Origin: Octopus bimaculoides
Taxonomy: Eukaryota
Direction of reading: 5' to 3'
DNA: 64,000 bases
NCBI RefSeq assembly: GCF_001194135.2
Contig: NC_068992.1
Location: 18,199,298-18,263,297 of the forward strand
Part shown: positions 1 through 13,400 of the stretch, in pieces
How positions within the stretch are numbered: position 1 is the stretch's first letter
Layout of the letters: each line of letters starts with the position of its first letter
Position numbers and translations under genes: made by a program
Notes under the pieces: generated by a model
Database searches by the model: none
Told to the model about the DNA's origin: nothing
Seen by the model: the letters and a program-made list of their open reading frames with translations, nothing else

Positions 1-59
1 TAGAGAATTAACATTGCTTGTTTTCACCTTTTCAAGTGCGTGTGTGTGACACCGTTTTG

Positions 60-250
60 TGATTGCTTCATCCTCCATCGCTTGACAACCGGTGTTGGTG
101 TGTTTATGTCCCCGTTCTTAGCAGTTTAGCAAAAGGAGAACCGTAGAATGTGTACTAGGATTTTAAAATGTACTAGGGTCGATTTATTCTATTAAAAGTT
201 CTTCAAGATGGCGCCCCGGCATAGCTGCAACCTTAAAGTTAAAAAAGAAA
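60..250 (+). mobile_element. SINE family A, 3' half (degenerate)
   Basis: CATCGCTTGACAACCGGTGTTGGTGTGTTTATGTCCCCG...GGTCGAT...GCCCCGGCATAGCTGCA matches the 3' half of the full copy at 25409-25862. Confidence 0.8.
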
Positions 251-299
251 AATATATATGTGTCCGTGTTGTGTGTTTTTGTGTGTGTATGTGTGTGTA

Positions 300-333
<34 letters not shown>

Positions 334-589
334 TACATATATAACTAGGATAAAATCTTTATAAGATTTTAGCGAGTAGACAGCATAATATAAAACCATA
401 TAGGAAACAATTAATACAAAACATATATTTATATAACTATAATTGTAAGGGCGGCGTCTATTTCTAACATGTGGCGCTACTCATTAATTAGTGCCCGTAT
501 AATTATCTATACGATAATGGAGAAAGCTGCTTATTGATTAGGTATGTAACAATTACTAAACGTACTGAAAGAAAGCAATTATGAAAGGG

Positions 590-1027
590 TTGACCGTCTG
601 GAAATATAACCAAACAGGTGTGATTCCGTAAAAAAAATCAATATATATCCATTTTACCGGACGTTATGACGGAAAAATGGGATTTTGTGAATTTTCGAAA
701 GTCCCCTCCCCACACCCAGGGTCGTCAGCGTGCATTTTTTCCACATACGTGTTAACAACCCCCAGGCTGGTTGATTTTTTTTTTTTTTGTTCCCGGGTGA
801 GGATCTTCATATTGACCCCTGTAAGTTATGAGGGAAAAACGTCAGATTGTGTGAATTTTTCCAAAACTCCTCTCTCTAACTCCTCGGAAAAATTCTTTCT
901 CATAAATCGATATATACTCTGAAGGTACAACATCTGAGCGGTATCGGTAGAAAAATTTGTTAAAAACGTGTCCATTTTTTGGATGTCATGATGTCACAAA
1001 GTCGGAGGCGTGTACACCTTTAGTAAT
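590..1027. repeat. Unclassified dispersed-repeat-like segment, possible DNA transposon end
   Basis: Imperfect direct repeats GTTATGA(C/G)GGAAAAA...GATT(T/G)TGTGAATTTT at 663 and 825. The segment ends at a gap. Confidence 0.3.
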
Positions 1028-1667
1028 NNNNNNNNNNNNNNNNNNNNNNNNNNNNNNNNNNNNNNNNNNNNNNNNNNNNNNNNNNNNNNNNNNNNNNNNN
1101 NNNNNNNNNNNNNNNNNNNNNNNNNNNNNNNNNNNNNNNNNNNNNNNNNNNNNNNNNNNNNNNNNNNNNNNNNNNNNNNNNNNNNNNNNNNNNNNNNNNN
1201 NNNNNNNNNNNNNNNNNNNNNNNNNNNNNNNNNNNNNNNNNNNNNNNNNNNNNNNNNNNNNNNNNNNNNNNNNNNNNNNNNNNNNNNNNNNNNNNNNNNN
1301 NNNNNNNNNNNNNNNNNNNNNNNNNNNNNNNNNNNNNNNNNNNNNNNNNNNNNNNNNNNNNNNNNNNNNNNNNNNNNNNNNNNNNNNNNNNNNNNNNNNN
1401 NNNNNNNNNNNNNNNNNNNNNNNNNNNNNNNNNNNNNNNNNNNNNNNNNNNNNNNNNNNNNNNNNNNNNNNNNNNNNNNNNNNNNNNNNNNNNNNNNNNN
1501 NNNNNNNNNNNNNNNNNNNNNNNNNNNNNNNNNNNNNNNNNNNNNNNNNNNNNNNNNNNNNNNNNNNNNNNNNNNNNNNNNNNNNNNNNNNNNNNNNNNN
1601 NNNNNNNNNNNNNNNNNNNNNNNNNNNNNNNNNNNNNNNNNNNNNNNNNNNNNNNNNNNNNNNNNNA

Positions 1668-1790
1668 TATAGCTTCTTTCCAATTTCCGTCTAACAAATC
1701 CACCTGAAAAACTCTGGTCGGCTGAAGGCTGCAGGAGAAGACTATGGCAGTGGTGCGGAACCCGGAACCATGTTGTTGCACATACCTAAT
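1668..1790 (-). mobile_element. SINE family A, 5' part
   Basis: The reverse complement reads CATGGTTCCGGGTTCCGCACCACTG...GCCGACCAGAG...GTGGATTTGTTAGACGGAAATTGGAAAGAAGC, matching the head of the copy at 25409. Confidence 0.75.
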
Positions 1791-2093
1791 TTGCTAAAAT
1801 TGCTGCTTTTATGTCTGGTGGTAGTTATATTTGCGGTCTGGTGCATGTCTGTTTAAATGGCATTTTTAAAACAGTACTTAACGTCTCATCAGAAATGAAC
1901 ATAGAATGATAGAGACTAAAACGTTGCCACTTACAATAAAGGAAAAAAGTCAATTACATTAATTTGTTTATCTTACGTTTTAGTTATACTTTTAACTGTT
2001 TGCTGCAAAGTAATATACACACTTCGCCAATTTTATATTGTTTGCAAAAAAATATTTTGAAACCATAATCAATCAAGCTAAATATTTATACAG

Positions 2094-2676
2094 ATGCACA
2101 CACACACACACACACACACAAGCACACACATACACGAATACAGAAACACATTCACGCACACATACATAGATGCATATATACACATACATAGATGCATATA
2201 TACACATATGCGCAAACACGCACACGTTCAGGTACACGCAGCCACATATATGGAGTCTTACGCACGTATGTACACATGCATATCTATTTCTTTGTCTACC
2301 GCTCCATCTAAAAGACTGTGTGCATGTGTGTTTACGTGCATATGTACATATAGAAATAAAACATATGTATGCATATATATNNNNNNNNNNNNNNNNNNNN
2401 NNNNNNNNNNNNNNNNNNNNNNNNNNNNNNNNNNNNNNNNNNNNNNNNNNNNNNNNNNNNNNNNNNNNNNNNNNNNNNNNNNNNNNNNNNNNNNNNNNNN
2501 NNNNNNNNNNNNNNNNNNNNNNNNNNNNNNNNNNNNNNNNNNNNNNNNNNNNNNNNNNNNNNNNNNNNNNNNNNNNNNNNNNNNNNNNNNNNNNNNNNNN
2601 NNNNNNNNNNNNNNNNNNNNNNNNNNNNNNNNNNNNNNNNNNNNNNNNNNNNNNNNNNNNNNNNNNNNNNNNNNNN

Positions 2677-2731
<55 letters not shown>

Positions 2732-2760
2732 TCTGTGTGTGAGCGCCTGCGTGTGCGTAT
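2094..2760. repeat. (CA)n/(TA)n/(TG)n microsatellite-rich tract spanning a gap
   Basis: Directly visible dinucleotide runs. Confidence 0.9.
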
Positions 2761-3136
2761 ACATTAGTATTTTTAATGCAGGATTTAAATTATACATTGT
2801 TAACGGAAATCAATAACTGTCGGTGCTTCAGCATATCAATACATGCCAATATATAAATACTCTATCATTGATTATTAAGAAATTCAAACAATCGGTGATT
2901 TTATTTCAAGAAAATTCAGTTAATAAAAAGTCACGCTGTCGCAATTATTTCAAATTTCCCTAAAATCTAATTAGTCGTATTTCATAACTAATTTCCAAGG
3001 CATTGCTACATTAAAATGAGTAGAATTCACCAAACTGGGATGTTAGGACAACTGCGTAATTAACTCCGCAGTTAGTTTCAGATAAATGCACGAAATTTAG
3101 ATTAAATGCGTGTAAATATGTCCTAATAATATAGAC

Positions 3137-3357
3137 AGTTATGGCAGTTGGTTGGCACAATCATTGGCATACCGGGCAAAAACGATTAGCAGTGTTTCGC
3201 CTGCCTTTACGTTCTGAGATAAATTCCATCGAGGTCGACTGAGCCTTTCATCGTTTATGTGTCGATAGAATAAGTACCTTTTGAACACTGGGGTCGATCT
3301 AATTGATTTACTCCTGCCCAGAACTTGCTGGCCATGTGTCAAAATTTGAAATAATTA
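3137..3357 (+). mobile_element. SINE family B (tRNA-derived head)
   Basis: TACGTTCTGAGATAAATTCC (box B-like), GAGGTCGACT.GCCTTTCATC, GTCGATAGAATAAGTACC, CTGGGGTCGAT and tail AAAATTTGAAATAATT; same layout as the many other copies. Confidence 0.85.
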
Positions 3358-4249
3358 AGGCAGACAGTTAATGTTATGCTCTTTGATTGAAACGTTCGCA
3401 ATATCTATGTTTCCAGAAACGTTTCAGTTTACAATATTTTCCTCATGCTGTTCTTAAGTTTGTGTACGTTTTACATATCGTATTTAGATGTTTTGCAAAC
3501 TACTTGCACATGAAAGCAAGAGAGAATCTACGTCGTTTCGGAGCCTACCTCTCGACGGCATCATTGTGCACCAGCCCCTCTCAATGGCATGAGGCCTTGT
3601 TTTTCTAGATCAACTGCTTATCAAATATAGCTCAATATCTTCTAGCCATCGCTCATCGTCTCTTTTTAAGCAAAATCCAGTGGATCTCATTCTTCACTGT
3701 AGCTTGGATATCACTATCGGTGGCATTTGCTTTACGATGAGTTAAGCCAAAACGATAATAACAGTCACCTCACACTGTATACAACGAATCCTCTGCATTC
3801 CACTTCGATTGGAAAATGCTCCGCTTTCCAGGCTGAGTTGTCACATTCCTCGAGAAGGTTTACAAAATGTGTTTTAAAGGTATCTGATCGAACTAAAACT
3901 GGCTATATTACACACACGCATACATATGCTTCATCTACATATGATTCATCTGCACTATACTGACTCTTTACTACATGGCACCTGAAGTGCTTCGATTTTT
4001 TTCTTGTCTTGCATTTACTATTGTTGGCAAAGTATTCGGAACGAATGATTTCAAGGAAAGTATTGCAATTTTCACGATTCATCCTTATCTCCAAGTCGTC
4101 CTTGAACAGCATTGCATCGATTACCATATCGTATTCCTTTAGATATAATGCATTGTGTCCGACATGACCAAGTGTGTGCTGGCTTTAAAAAAATCATTCT
4201 GAGGAAGATATATTTGAATTTTGTCGGAAGTCAACCGAACGTGTAGAGG

Positions 4250-4548
4250 TTTTGTGGCCGGGGAACGGTGTCTAATAACTTAGCTAAACCTAGATTAAAA
4301 GGAGGAAACGGTGTTGGCTTCGATACACCCTACGGAAACCTATTTCCAACATGACAAGGCAAGCTCTCCCATGGGCACACCAAGGGAGAGGCAAGTCCAG
4401 CAGGCCGAAATATTCATGGGAAAGGTCCACAGAAACTGAAGCAACAGAGGTGGCAAATATCTGAGGCCAACTTCAACCCATTGCGAGAGATCTAAGCAGA
4501 TGAAAATCTCTTGTTAGCTCCCTATGATCTCCATGGTGTGGACAGTTT
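4250..4548 (+). mobile_element. RTE-type non-LTR retrotransposon, 3' end of ORF2 (pseudogenised)
   Basis: Translates as IKRRKRCWLRYTLRKPISNMTRQALPWAHQGRGKSSRPKYSWERSTETEATEVANI*GQLQPIARDLSR*KSLVSSL*SPW. This follows the RTE C-terminal pattern (RRKWRWLGHTLRK..ITRQALTW.PQGKR.RGRP..TWRR), with stops at W/C codons. Confidence 0.8.
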
Positions 4549-4884
4549 TAGAAAATGTTCCTGTACATCTCTTGGTAATGTAAACACGCGATGTTTATAA
4601 AATACTGTTGGAATAAGGATCAGTGTTGCCGCATATGGATCCGAGTCGCTAAGTTACTGACGAAGTCATTTCAGGTCATATGAGGCAGCACTGGCTTTGT
4701 CAATTTTGGTAAAAATAGCACATGCACGCTAACGTCATTGCTGATAAACATGAATTTTATATAGGAATATTTCTGAAGTTTATTTCTCCTTATTATTCCG
4801 CATCTCTGGATTAATTTGAATGTCTTTTCTTTTTCAAGCTCGATATTGAACTGGATTTTGTAGTGTGTTAATGTTTCACTGATA

Positions 4885-5101
4885 GCACATATAGCAGCAA
4901 GCTGGTGGAATAGTTATCAAAATGCTTAGCTGCATTTTCTCTGTCTTTACAGTCTGAATTAAAATTCTGCTGTGGTCAACTTTACTTATCATCCTTTTCG
5001 GTTCGATAAAGTAAGTACTACTTGATTACTAGGACCGATATAATCGACTTCAAAATTCCCTCAAAATTACTGTCCTTGTACCAAAATTTGAAATCAATAT
5101 T
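4885..5101 (+). mobile_element. SINE family B
   Basis: GCAAGCTGGTGGAATAGTTA...AAATGCTTAGC...TCATCCTTTTCGGTTCGATAAAGTAAGTAC...CCTTGTACCAAAATTTGAAATC. Confidence 0.8.
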
Positions 5102-7085
5102 TCATTGATAGAAAGATATGTGTAGCCATTTTGTCCCGTTCTCGCGTCATATTTTTGTAAAGATTAAATTAAGAATAGAAGTGAAATTTGAAGGAAACAT
5201 AGCAACTAATTCTAACAGATATATCGGCCATATTGAAGCTATTTCATGGGGGCGTAGCTATGATGAATTTCTTTTCAAATACTTCTATTACGTTAACGAA
5301 AATATTTAGGAAAAATATTCATTAACTTTTATTCAATTCGTAGATGAATATTTATGATATTCAATAAATGAAACACTCCATTTTGTCTGAATCGAATTAT
5401 ACTTATGTAGATATTTAGGTCAATTAAATATTCATTATATATTGCACTTTATTTCGAAAGAAAATAAAACAAATAATCAAAGAAGCAATATTAATCGACT
5501 TCAGATATACTCAACAAATCCGCTAATTGCAATATTTGTCCTCAGCAAAAAATCAAAATCAAAAATAAAATAAAATAAAATAAGAAGTAAGAAAAAATTA
5601 AAATAAAAACAAACAACAGAGAATCAATAATCTAGATTATTATATTGTCCGATTTATGATACAAATTCGTTCTAATCTCAGCCCATTTTCTTCTAAATGA
5701 ATAAGAAAATAAAATGTATATTAAGTTTATTACATAGAGATGAAATCAAAAGTTAAATAGATTATTCAAGTAAAATTTAAGGTAAGATAATATAAAGAAT
5801 CTACGTGAGTGTTGGAATAGATGTACTCCGAAGCTGTATTACAAATGATGTCGCTCTCTTTCTCTCTCTATCTCTCTCTCTCTCTCACTCTCACTCTCTC
5901 TCTCACGCACAATGATTACGTATATATGAAATATATACAGAAAGCACACCAGTGTTTTGTTGCTACTGCGATGTAAACTAGGAATTAACGAAGCCTGGCT
6001 GAGTCACACGAGAGAGGGTGTCTGAAGATGAGGGACTCGAAACACAACTAATGGAGCATCTGAATGCATCCACTAGATATATCTTAAAACAATGTATATA
6101 TATATATATATATATATATNNNNNNNNNNNNNNNNNNNNNNNNNNNNNNNNNNNNNNNNNNNNNNNNNNNNNNNNNNNNNNNNNNNNNNNNNNNNNNNNN
6201 NNNNNNNNNNNNNNNNNNNNNNNNNNNNNNNNNNNNNNNNNNNNNNNNNNNNNNNNNNNNNNNNNNNNNNNNNNNNNNNNNNNNNNNNNNNNNNNNNNNN
6301 NNNNNNNNNNNNNNNNNNNNNNNNNNNNNNNNNNNNNNNNNNNNNNNNNNNNNNNNNNNNNNNNNNNNNNNNNNNNNNNNNNNNNNNNNNNNNNNNNNNN
6401 NNNNNNNNNNNNNNNNNNNNNNNNNNNNNNNNNNNNNNNNNNNNNNNNNNNNNNNNNNNNNNNNNNNNNNNNNNNNNNNNNNNNNNNNNNNNNNNNNNNN
6501 NNNNNNNNNNNNNNNNNNNNNNNNNNNNNNNNNNNNNNNNNNNNNNNNNNNNNNNNNNNNNNNNNNNNNNNNNNNNNNNNNNNNNNNNNNNNNNNNNNNN
6601 NNNNNNNNNNNNNNNNNNNNNNNNNNNNNNNNNNNNNNNNNNNNNNNNNNNNNNNNNNNNNNNNNNNNNNNNNNNNNNNNNNNNNNNNNNNNNNNNNNNN
6701 NNNNNNNNNNNNNNNNNNNNNNNNNNNNNNNNNNNNNNNNNNNNNNNNNNNNNNNNNNNNNNNNNNNNNNNNNNNNNNNNNNNNNNNNNNNNNNNNNNNN
6801 NNNNNNNNNNNNNNNNNNNNNNNNNNNNNNNNNNNNNNNNNNNNNNNNNNNNNNNNNNNNNNNNNNNNNNNNNNNNNNNNNNNNNNNNNNNNNNNNNNNN
6901 NNNNNNNNNNNNNNNNNNNNNNNNNNNNNNNNNNNNNNNNNNNNNNNNNNNNNNNNNNNNNNNNNNNNNNNNNNNNNNNNNNNNNNNNNNNNNNNNNNNN
7001 NNNNNNNNNNNNNNNNNNNNNNNNNNNNNNNNNNNNNNNNNNNNNNNNNNNNNNNNNNNNNNNNNNNNNNNNNNNNNNNNNNNNN

Positions 7086-7162
<77 letters not shown>

Positions 7163-10100
7163 TATGAATTTGTGTATATGTGTGTGTATACATACGTATA
7201 TTTTATGAGAATCATTTTAAAACTCGGTATGCAATGTATTTCACATCTTAAGGCTCAGCAAGAACTCCTCCTCTCCATATTCTACTCATTTTATTCTTCT
7301 TTTGTTTGCTTTCGTTCCCCTATACATTAAACTTAATAAAATTCCAGATACTAGTGTAAGCACTCAAATTACGCAATATGATTATATGCAGCTATTTGAA
7401 GATTTAAGCTTATTGGAGATTAAATATACTTGCAAATGATATGCTTTTGAAGTATTAAGTATTTATTCATCTAGTGATACGAGAAGGGAATTCTTAGGGC
7501 TAGATCAGGGCAAATAAAGGATAAATAAGTACGACACTACAACTGGTTTCCTAGAATTCCGATTTTTAACTTTAATAGAATTTGCCTTTTTTTAGATCCC
7601 TGCCACATCGAATCTACAATTCGACTTCTTTTATTAAAAGCCATAACATAAGGTCTTACACAACATCTTAGGAAACGCTTTCATACAGAATAAATATTAT
7701 GAAATATTTATACCTATCACAAATGGGCAATGGACCTTGGAGCATTGAATTCTGTGTTCATCATAGGACGAGCCCATGAGTTTTATATATAATATTCCCT
7801 GTATCAAAGTTTTACTGAGTTTTCGGTTAGCCACAATAAATTGTGATTGACTTTCTTAAAATATTTGTGATCTCCAAGATATATGATATTACACACACTA
7901 GATTATTACATATCAACTATTTAACACTAATCAGAGTCATAGTTATAGCTGAGTATATTTGAACTTAGAGTGTAAAAAACATTAATTACTTCGTTGAGCT
8001 ACTTTTTGTATCAATAACAAATGAACTGACGGAAAATAAATGACATATTTATTCCCGGCAAAAATTACAGAAATTAATACAAAGTATAATTTGAATTCAG
8101 TAGAAGATTAAGATAAGGACGAAGTAGACAAAAGAAAATGATAATATGAATAGATATAAACAAACTGAAATAATATAATCAAAGTAGAATAATAGGGATA
8201 AAATACACAAAAATTATATACGGAGACAGAGAATTTGACGGTAGTAGACAAAGAAAAAAAAAAGGAAGAGGAAGGATGGAAATAAACAAAAGAAATATAA
8301 GCAACAAAATTCTAACAGAATGAGAACAATGTGAGTCATTGTTAAATATATATATATATTTAAAAAGGGCAAACAAACAAAAAAATCGGGAAAATACACC
8401 GGAGAAAACGTGGAAGGAATTAAAAAAAAGATAATAGATGATAGAAGGACAAATCAAAATATGAAGAATAAGAATTTTAAAAAGCCGAGAACACAATAAG
8501 TATGCCCAAATATAGATATGTGCGAAGTTATTCTGACCTTTATCTGTAAGATGATATAACCCACACATATCTATCTATCTAAATTCCTCTATTTATATAA
8601 TATCGAGGTCTCTTTCTTTCTTTCGTTGTCCTTCGCATCGATANNNNNNNNNNNNNNNNNNNNNNNNNNNNNNNNNNNNNNNNNNNNNNNNNNNNNNNNN
8701 NNNNNNNNNNNNNNNNNNNNNNNNNNNNNNNNNNNNNNNNNNNNNNNNNNNNNNNNNNNNNNNNNNNNNNNNNNNNNNNNNNNNNNNNNNNNNNNNNNNN
8801 NNNNNNNNNNNNNNNNNNNNNNNNNNNNNNNNNNNNNNNNNNNNNNNNNNNNNNNNNNNNNNNNNNNNNNNNNNNNNNNNNNNNNNNNNNNNNNNNNNNN
8901 NNNNNNNNNNNNNNNNNNNNNNNNNNNNNNNNNNNNNNNNNNNNNNNNNNNNNNNNNNNNNNNNNNNNNNNNNNNNNNNNNNNNNNNNNNNNNNNNNNNN
9001 NNNNNNNNNNNNNNNNNNNNTATATATATATATATATATATTACACCCACTGCTACTTACAGAACATAACTTTATTTCATAGGTGATTGGTAACTGGCTA
9101 GATGGTTGTTAGAGATATGTTAATTCCTTAGGGGAGTTGAGAGAATTCCCCGTGAGAATTAAATGATCACTGACATGAAAGCAAAGAAGGAAACCGTTCA
9201 ACTTAAATGACTGAAGATGTGTAAATAGTACGCATCCTAACAACTAACTGCTGTCGTTGTCTTTGGCGCGCCTCTAATACAACATATTATCTCATCATTA
9301 TTATATTTAAATATTTTTGGTTAATAAAATGTTGATAATAGTGTATAACAATTAATGAATAATATATGGGCATTAATAGTAATGCATATCATTTAATCGC
9401 TTATAGGTAAAATCTAATATTGCACTTATATTTTGAAGAACTGACGGCAAACTAGTTGAGATTCATGCAAAGTAATTCTCCTGTAATTATTGGCGTGTTG
9501 TCAACAAGACTTCAATACATCGATAATCAAGTAGTGATGTTAAAGAGGTTTTTCATATCCACTCTGAAAACATTATATCTGCTTGAGATTATATCAAACA
9601 AGGGAATGGACGTATTTCTGTCTCGGTGCAACATTCTCTAGATTTACCAGTCTAGAAGTCTTATGATTAATTAATTGAAAGTTTCTTGTTGCGTTCCGTA
9701 GTTGATTCAATTTTGCCGGCAGAATTTTTACGACGAATTTATTCAGATATATACTATAGATTAATGTACAGTGTTGACTTTGATCAGATTTTGCTTAGAA
9801 GTAATATGGCAATTTCCCAGTTGTTTGAAGCATTAGATGTTAAATTTGGCAAACTAAATTATTCTATGTGAGTCATTAAAAGCTCTTTCATTTTCTAAAA
9901 TTGTCTATGTTACTACTAATTTTCGGAAATTGTCTACAGGGTGTTCAAATATATTCACAAATATGTAAGCAAAATTATAAATAACGATGAAGTATTTAAA
10001 TACAGAACAAATAACCTATAATTGCTGTAATGTTATTGAAAAATACAATAGATTATTTTACAAATATTGGGTTGAATTAAGACAAAAAAATAAAAGAAAA

Positions 10101-11440
10101 AGGAAAGAAAAAAGAACGATTTTTAGTCACTGTGAAATATATTGTTCAGATAACATAAACTGAGCGTTTCATTGAAATGTAGCATCACATTATGTGACAT
10201 TTTTTATTACCCTTATTACTTACCCATTCGTGTTGATACAGATACATATACACATTTACATATACACACACATACATACAAATACTCATATATATATATA
10301 TATATAAGACAAAGTATAAATAATCGTCATTACATATATTTTTATTAGAGCAAATTTGGCTTACAGTTGTTTCCACTAATCATTATAGGTACGTTACTGA
10401 TTGGTTTAATCAAATGGTCTATTGATCAGGCATAGAAAATTGAACGATCTAAAAAGAATTAATGATACATTCGTTAGATTCATTTCTGGTCATCATGCAT
10501 CATTCTGTGTAAAAACCAAGTTGACTGGATCCAAACCACGGATTTTCAATATACACTTCTGCCATAACGACATTTGGAGTTTTCCCCTAATTTAATCAAT
10601 ACTATTCGCCTGGTGTGCTAACAGAGAGCTTATGAAATATTTTCCCAGATTGATAATCCCTCACTATTGGCTTCGTTAAATATATATATATATANNNNNN
10701 NNNNNNNNNNNNNNNNNNNNNNNNNNNNNNNNNNNNNNNNNNNNNNNNNNNNNNNNNNNNNNNNNNNNNNNNNNNNNNNNNNNNNNNNNNNNNNNNNNNN
10801 NNNNNNNNNNNNNNNNNNNNNNNNNNNNNNNNNNNNNNNNNNNNNNNNNNNNNNNNNNNNNNNNNNNNNNNNNNNNNNNNNNNNNNNNNNNNNNNNNNNN
10901 NNNNNNNNNNNNNNNNNNNNNNNNNNNNNNNNNNNNNNNNNNNNNNNNNNNNNNNNNNNNNNNNNNNNNNNNNNNNNNNNNNNNNNNNNNNNNNNNNNNN
11001 NNNNNNNNNNNNNNNNNNNNNNNNNNNNNNNNNNNNNNNNNNNNNNNNNNNNNNNNNNNNNNNNNNNNNNNNNNNNNNNNNNNNNNNNNNNNNNNNNNNN
11101 NNNNNNNNNNNNNNNNNNNNNNNNNNNNNNNNNNNNNNNNNNNNNNNNNNNNNNNNNNNNNNNNNNNNNNNNNNNNNNNNNNNNNNNNNNNNNNNNNNNN
11201 NNNNNNNNNNNNNNNNNNNNNNNNNNNNNNNNNNNNNNNNNNNNNNNNNNNNNNNNNNNNNNNNNNNNNNNNNNNNNNNNNNNNNNNNNNNNNNNNNNNN
11301 NNNNNNNNNNNNNNNNNNNNNNNNNNNNNNNNNNNNNNNNNNNNNNNNNNNNNNNNNNNNNNNNNNNNNNNNNNNNNNNNNNNNNNNNNNNNNNNNNNNN
11401 NNNNNNNNNNNNNNNNNNNNNNNNNNNNNNNNNNNNNNNN

Positions 11441-11474
<34 letters not shown>

Positions 11475-11789
11475 GATATATATATTGTAATATATTATAT
11501 ATATATGTATGTGCATGTGCGCGCGCGTGCATTGCAAAAACGTGTTGATAAAACAATAAGCTTTTATCTTGTAAAAGTCATTGGCTTGCAGTGAATTTTC
11601 GGGTCCTTATTCTTAAAATGATAGATGGTTTGCGTAACACCTTGTAAAGAGGGATCCGCATTAACCGACGTAATATTTCTTGTCAAGCGCATTGTCTTGA
11701 GGTTTCTCAAGCACACCTGATCTGGGGGAAAACCTTCAATGTCTCCACAGTTACAACTGGGTGTGGGATCTTTGTGATGTTTACATGTA

Positions 11790-11992
11790 ACAATGTACTT
11801 TATATTGGCTTCACATTTTGGCAGAAGGTTAGCAATTTTAGAGGAGGTCACGTAGATTACATCAACTCCAGTTTTCAACTGCTACTTATTTTACCGATCT
11901 CGGAAGGATGAGAGGCAAACGAACGAAATACCGCTAAATACTCTGCCCGCGATGCCAATAGTTCTGTCTGCTCACCACCTTACTTTTGTCAA
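11790..11992 (-). mobile_element. SINE family B (internally deleted)
   Basis: Plus strand TTTTGGCAGAAGGTTAGCAATTTT...GATTACATCAACTCCAG...GAAGGATGAGAGGCAAA...GAAATACCGCTAA...CTCACCACCTT is the reverse complement of family B. Confidence 0.8.
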
Positions 11993-12523
11993 ATATTGAT
12001 ATAGTACATATTCTGCATGAGAGAATTTTCAATATGCTGAGTACAAGAAAAGAATTATTACCTTTGATATTTTTGCAGAGTTCATTCAATAATATTTTTT
12101 CAGTAGACCGACTTTTAAATCAACAAGCGAACATATATTAACATTTTAATAAAAATAAGAAAAAATTATGTGCAAGTACGATGAATAGCAACAATATTCA
12201 TAAGATTTATATCCATATGAAATATAATATTACATAAGGAAAAAAGCCTGATAAGTAAATCGATATCAATTGTATGAATGAGATCGTTGTAAATAATTAG
12301 ATGTAGTAATCATTCTACACTGCAGCCTGGTTAAACTCTCTATGGATAGAATATTGTTGAAACGTTCCTTATAAGATATATGACATCACCAGTGAAAATT
12401 TCATGAAAATTTGCAAAACTGTAGTTAGGGTGGACACATTGAGGAAGCTCTCCTGGGGATATCTTTGTAACAAATATCATCTGAGAGTGACTTGATAGTT
12501 TATTATTTACAGAGAAAGCTAAC

Positions 12524-12577
12524 CTCATCACGAAAACTCTCATTTTTGCGAATCAAATGCCATGGCAACTGATCGGT
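12524..12577 (-). CDS. Candidate 54-nt internal exon (TDQLPWHLIRKNESFRDE), gene unknown
   Basis: Acceptor ttactttcttcttacag|, donor GAG|gttagc, phase 0-0, only one open frame. No homology confirmed. Confidence 0.25.
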
Positions 12578-13099
12578 CTGTAAGAAGAAAGTAATGCGTC
12601 AACACAGCAAAAATGTTGTTTACTAAAACATTATAAATGCATGACGAACCTACAAAAAAGGCTTTTGACTATATCATTCCCTCCTGGATACTACGGTATC
12701 GCGTCTAATCGCGATTCCATCAGCTGCCCTCAATGTGCTCTTACAAACACTTTCTACGATATGACCGCCTCAACTACTGCTAAGACTTCAGATTATTCCA
12801 TTTATCAGAAAATGAGTTAGATTAGTGGCAAGCGTCTTCTACTATGATGCCTTCTCTGTAACGCTGTTCATACAGAATCCCATTTCAGCCCGGTTGAGGA
12901 AATACCGAAACTACATACAGAGGAAAAATCTTCATACCGCTCACACGTACTTGTCGTTTACCTTATACTTTATTCAAATAATTTGTCAAATGCAAGTCCG
13001 AGCTTGTAATGACATTCCTGTGTCATATAGAAGTGGAATTTCGCTATGGTGCTCGACTGTCGAAAGCTTGAATAGTCAAAGTTGTTCATATTTAATGGG

Positions 13100-13400
13100 G
13101 TCATATCGCATAACACCTTTGCAGTGCTAATGATAAAACACATATCTGAGATAAGAAAAAGGACAGTTAATTAGATCAATATAGACATCAAAATTAGGAG
13201 GAAAATATTACCTACCGACAACTTCCAGGCTCTATATTAAAAGAGAAGATGGTAAAAGAGGCGTGAGTTAGTTCAGTCTAAACGGTCTTTTGGAATGCCA
13301 CACGGGATTAGTGTGACAGCATTTACGGAAGAGTGAACTGCGACTGACTGTGTCATATTTGTATTTAGCATAAAGAGTAATAACACTTTGATTGCAAGCG
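13100..13400 (+). mobile_element. Degenerate R4/Dong-like (RLE-type) non-LTR ORF fragment
   Basis: Frameshifted motifs NTFAV(L), IDIKIRRK and RLYIKREDGKRG resemble the post-RT region INTFAVP..LDRKTRK..RLYIKRKDGGRGL. Confidence 0.5.

Noticed and set aside
11564-11878. 104-aa Cys-containing ORF (-), and a GIF-x9-YIG motif on the + strand
   Set aside because: The ORF start and the YIG codons both come from the SINE B copy at 11790-11992. The remainder has no recognisable domain or good splice acceptor.
12641-12820. Short + ORF containing PPGYYG...CPQC (laminin/EGF-like look)
   Set aside because: The cysteine spacing does not fit EGF or laminin repeats, and there are no convincing splice sites.
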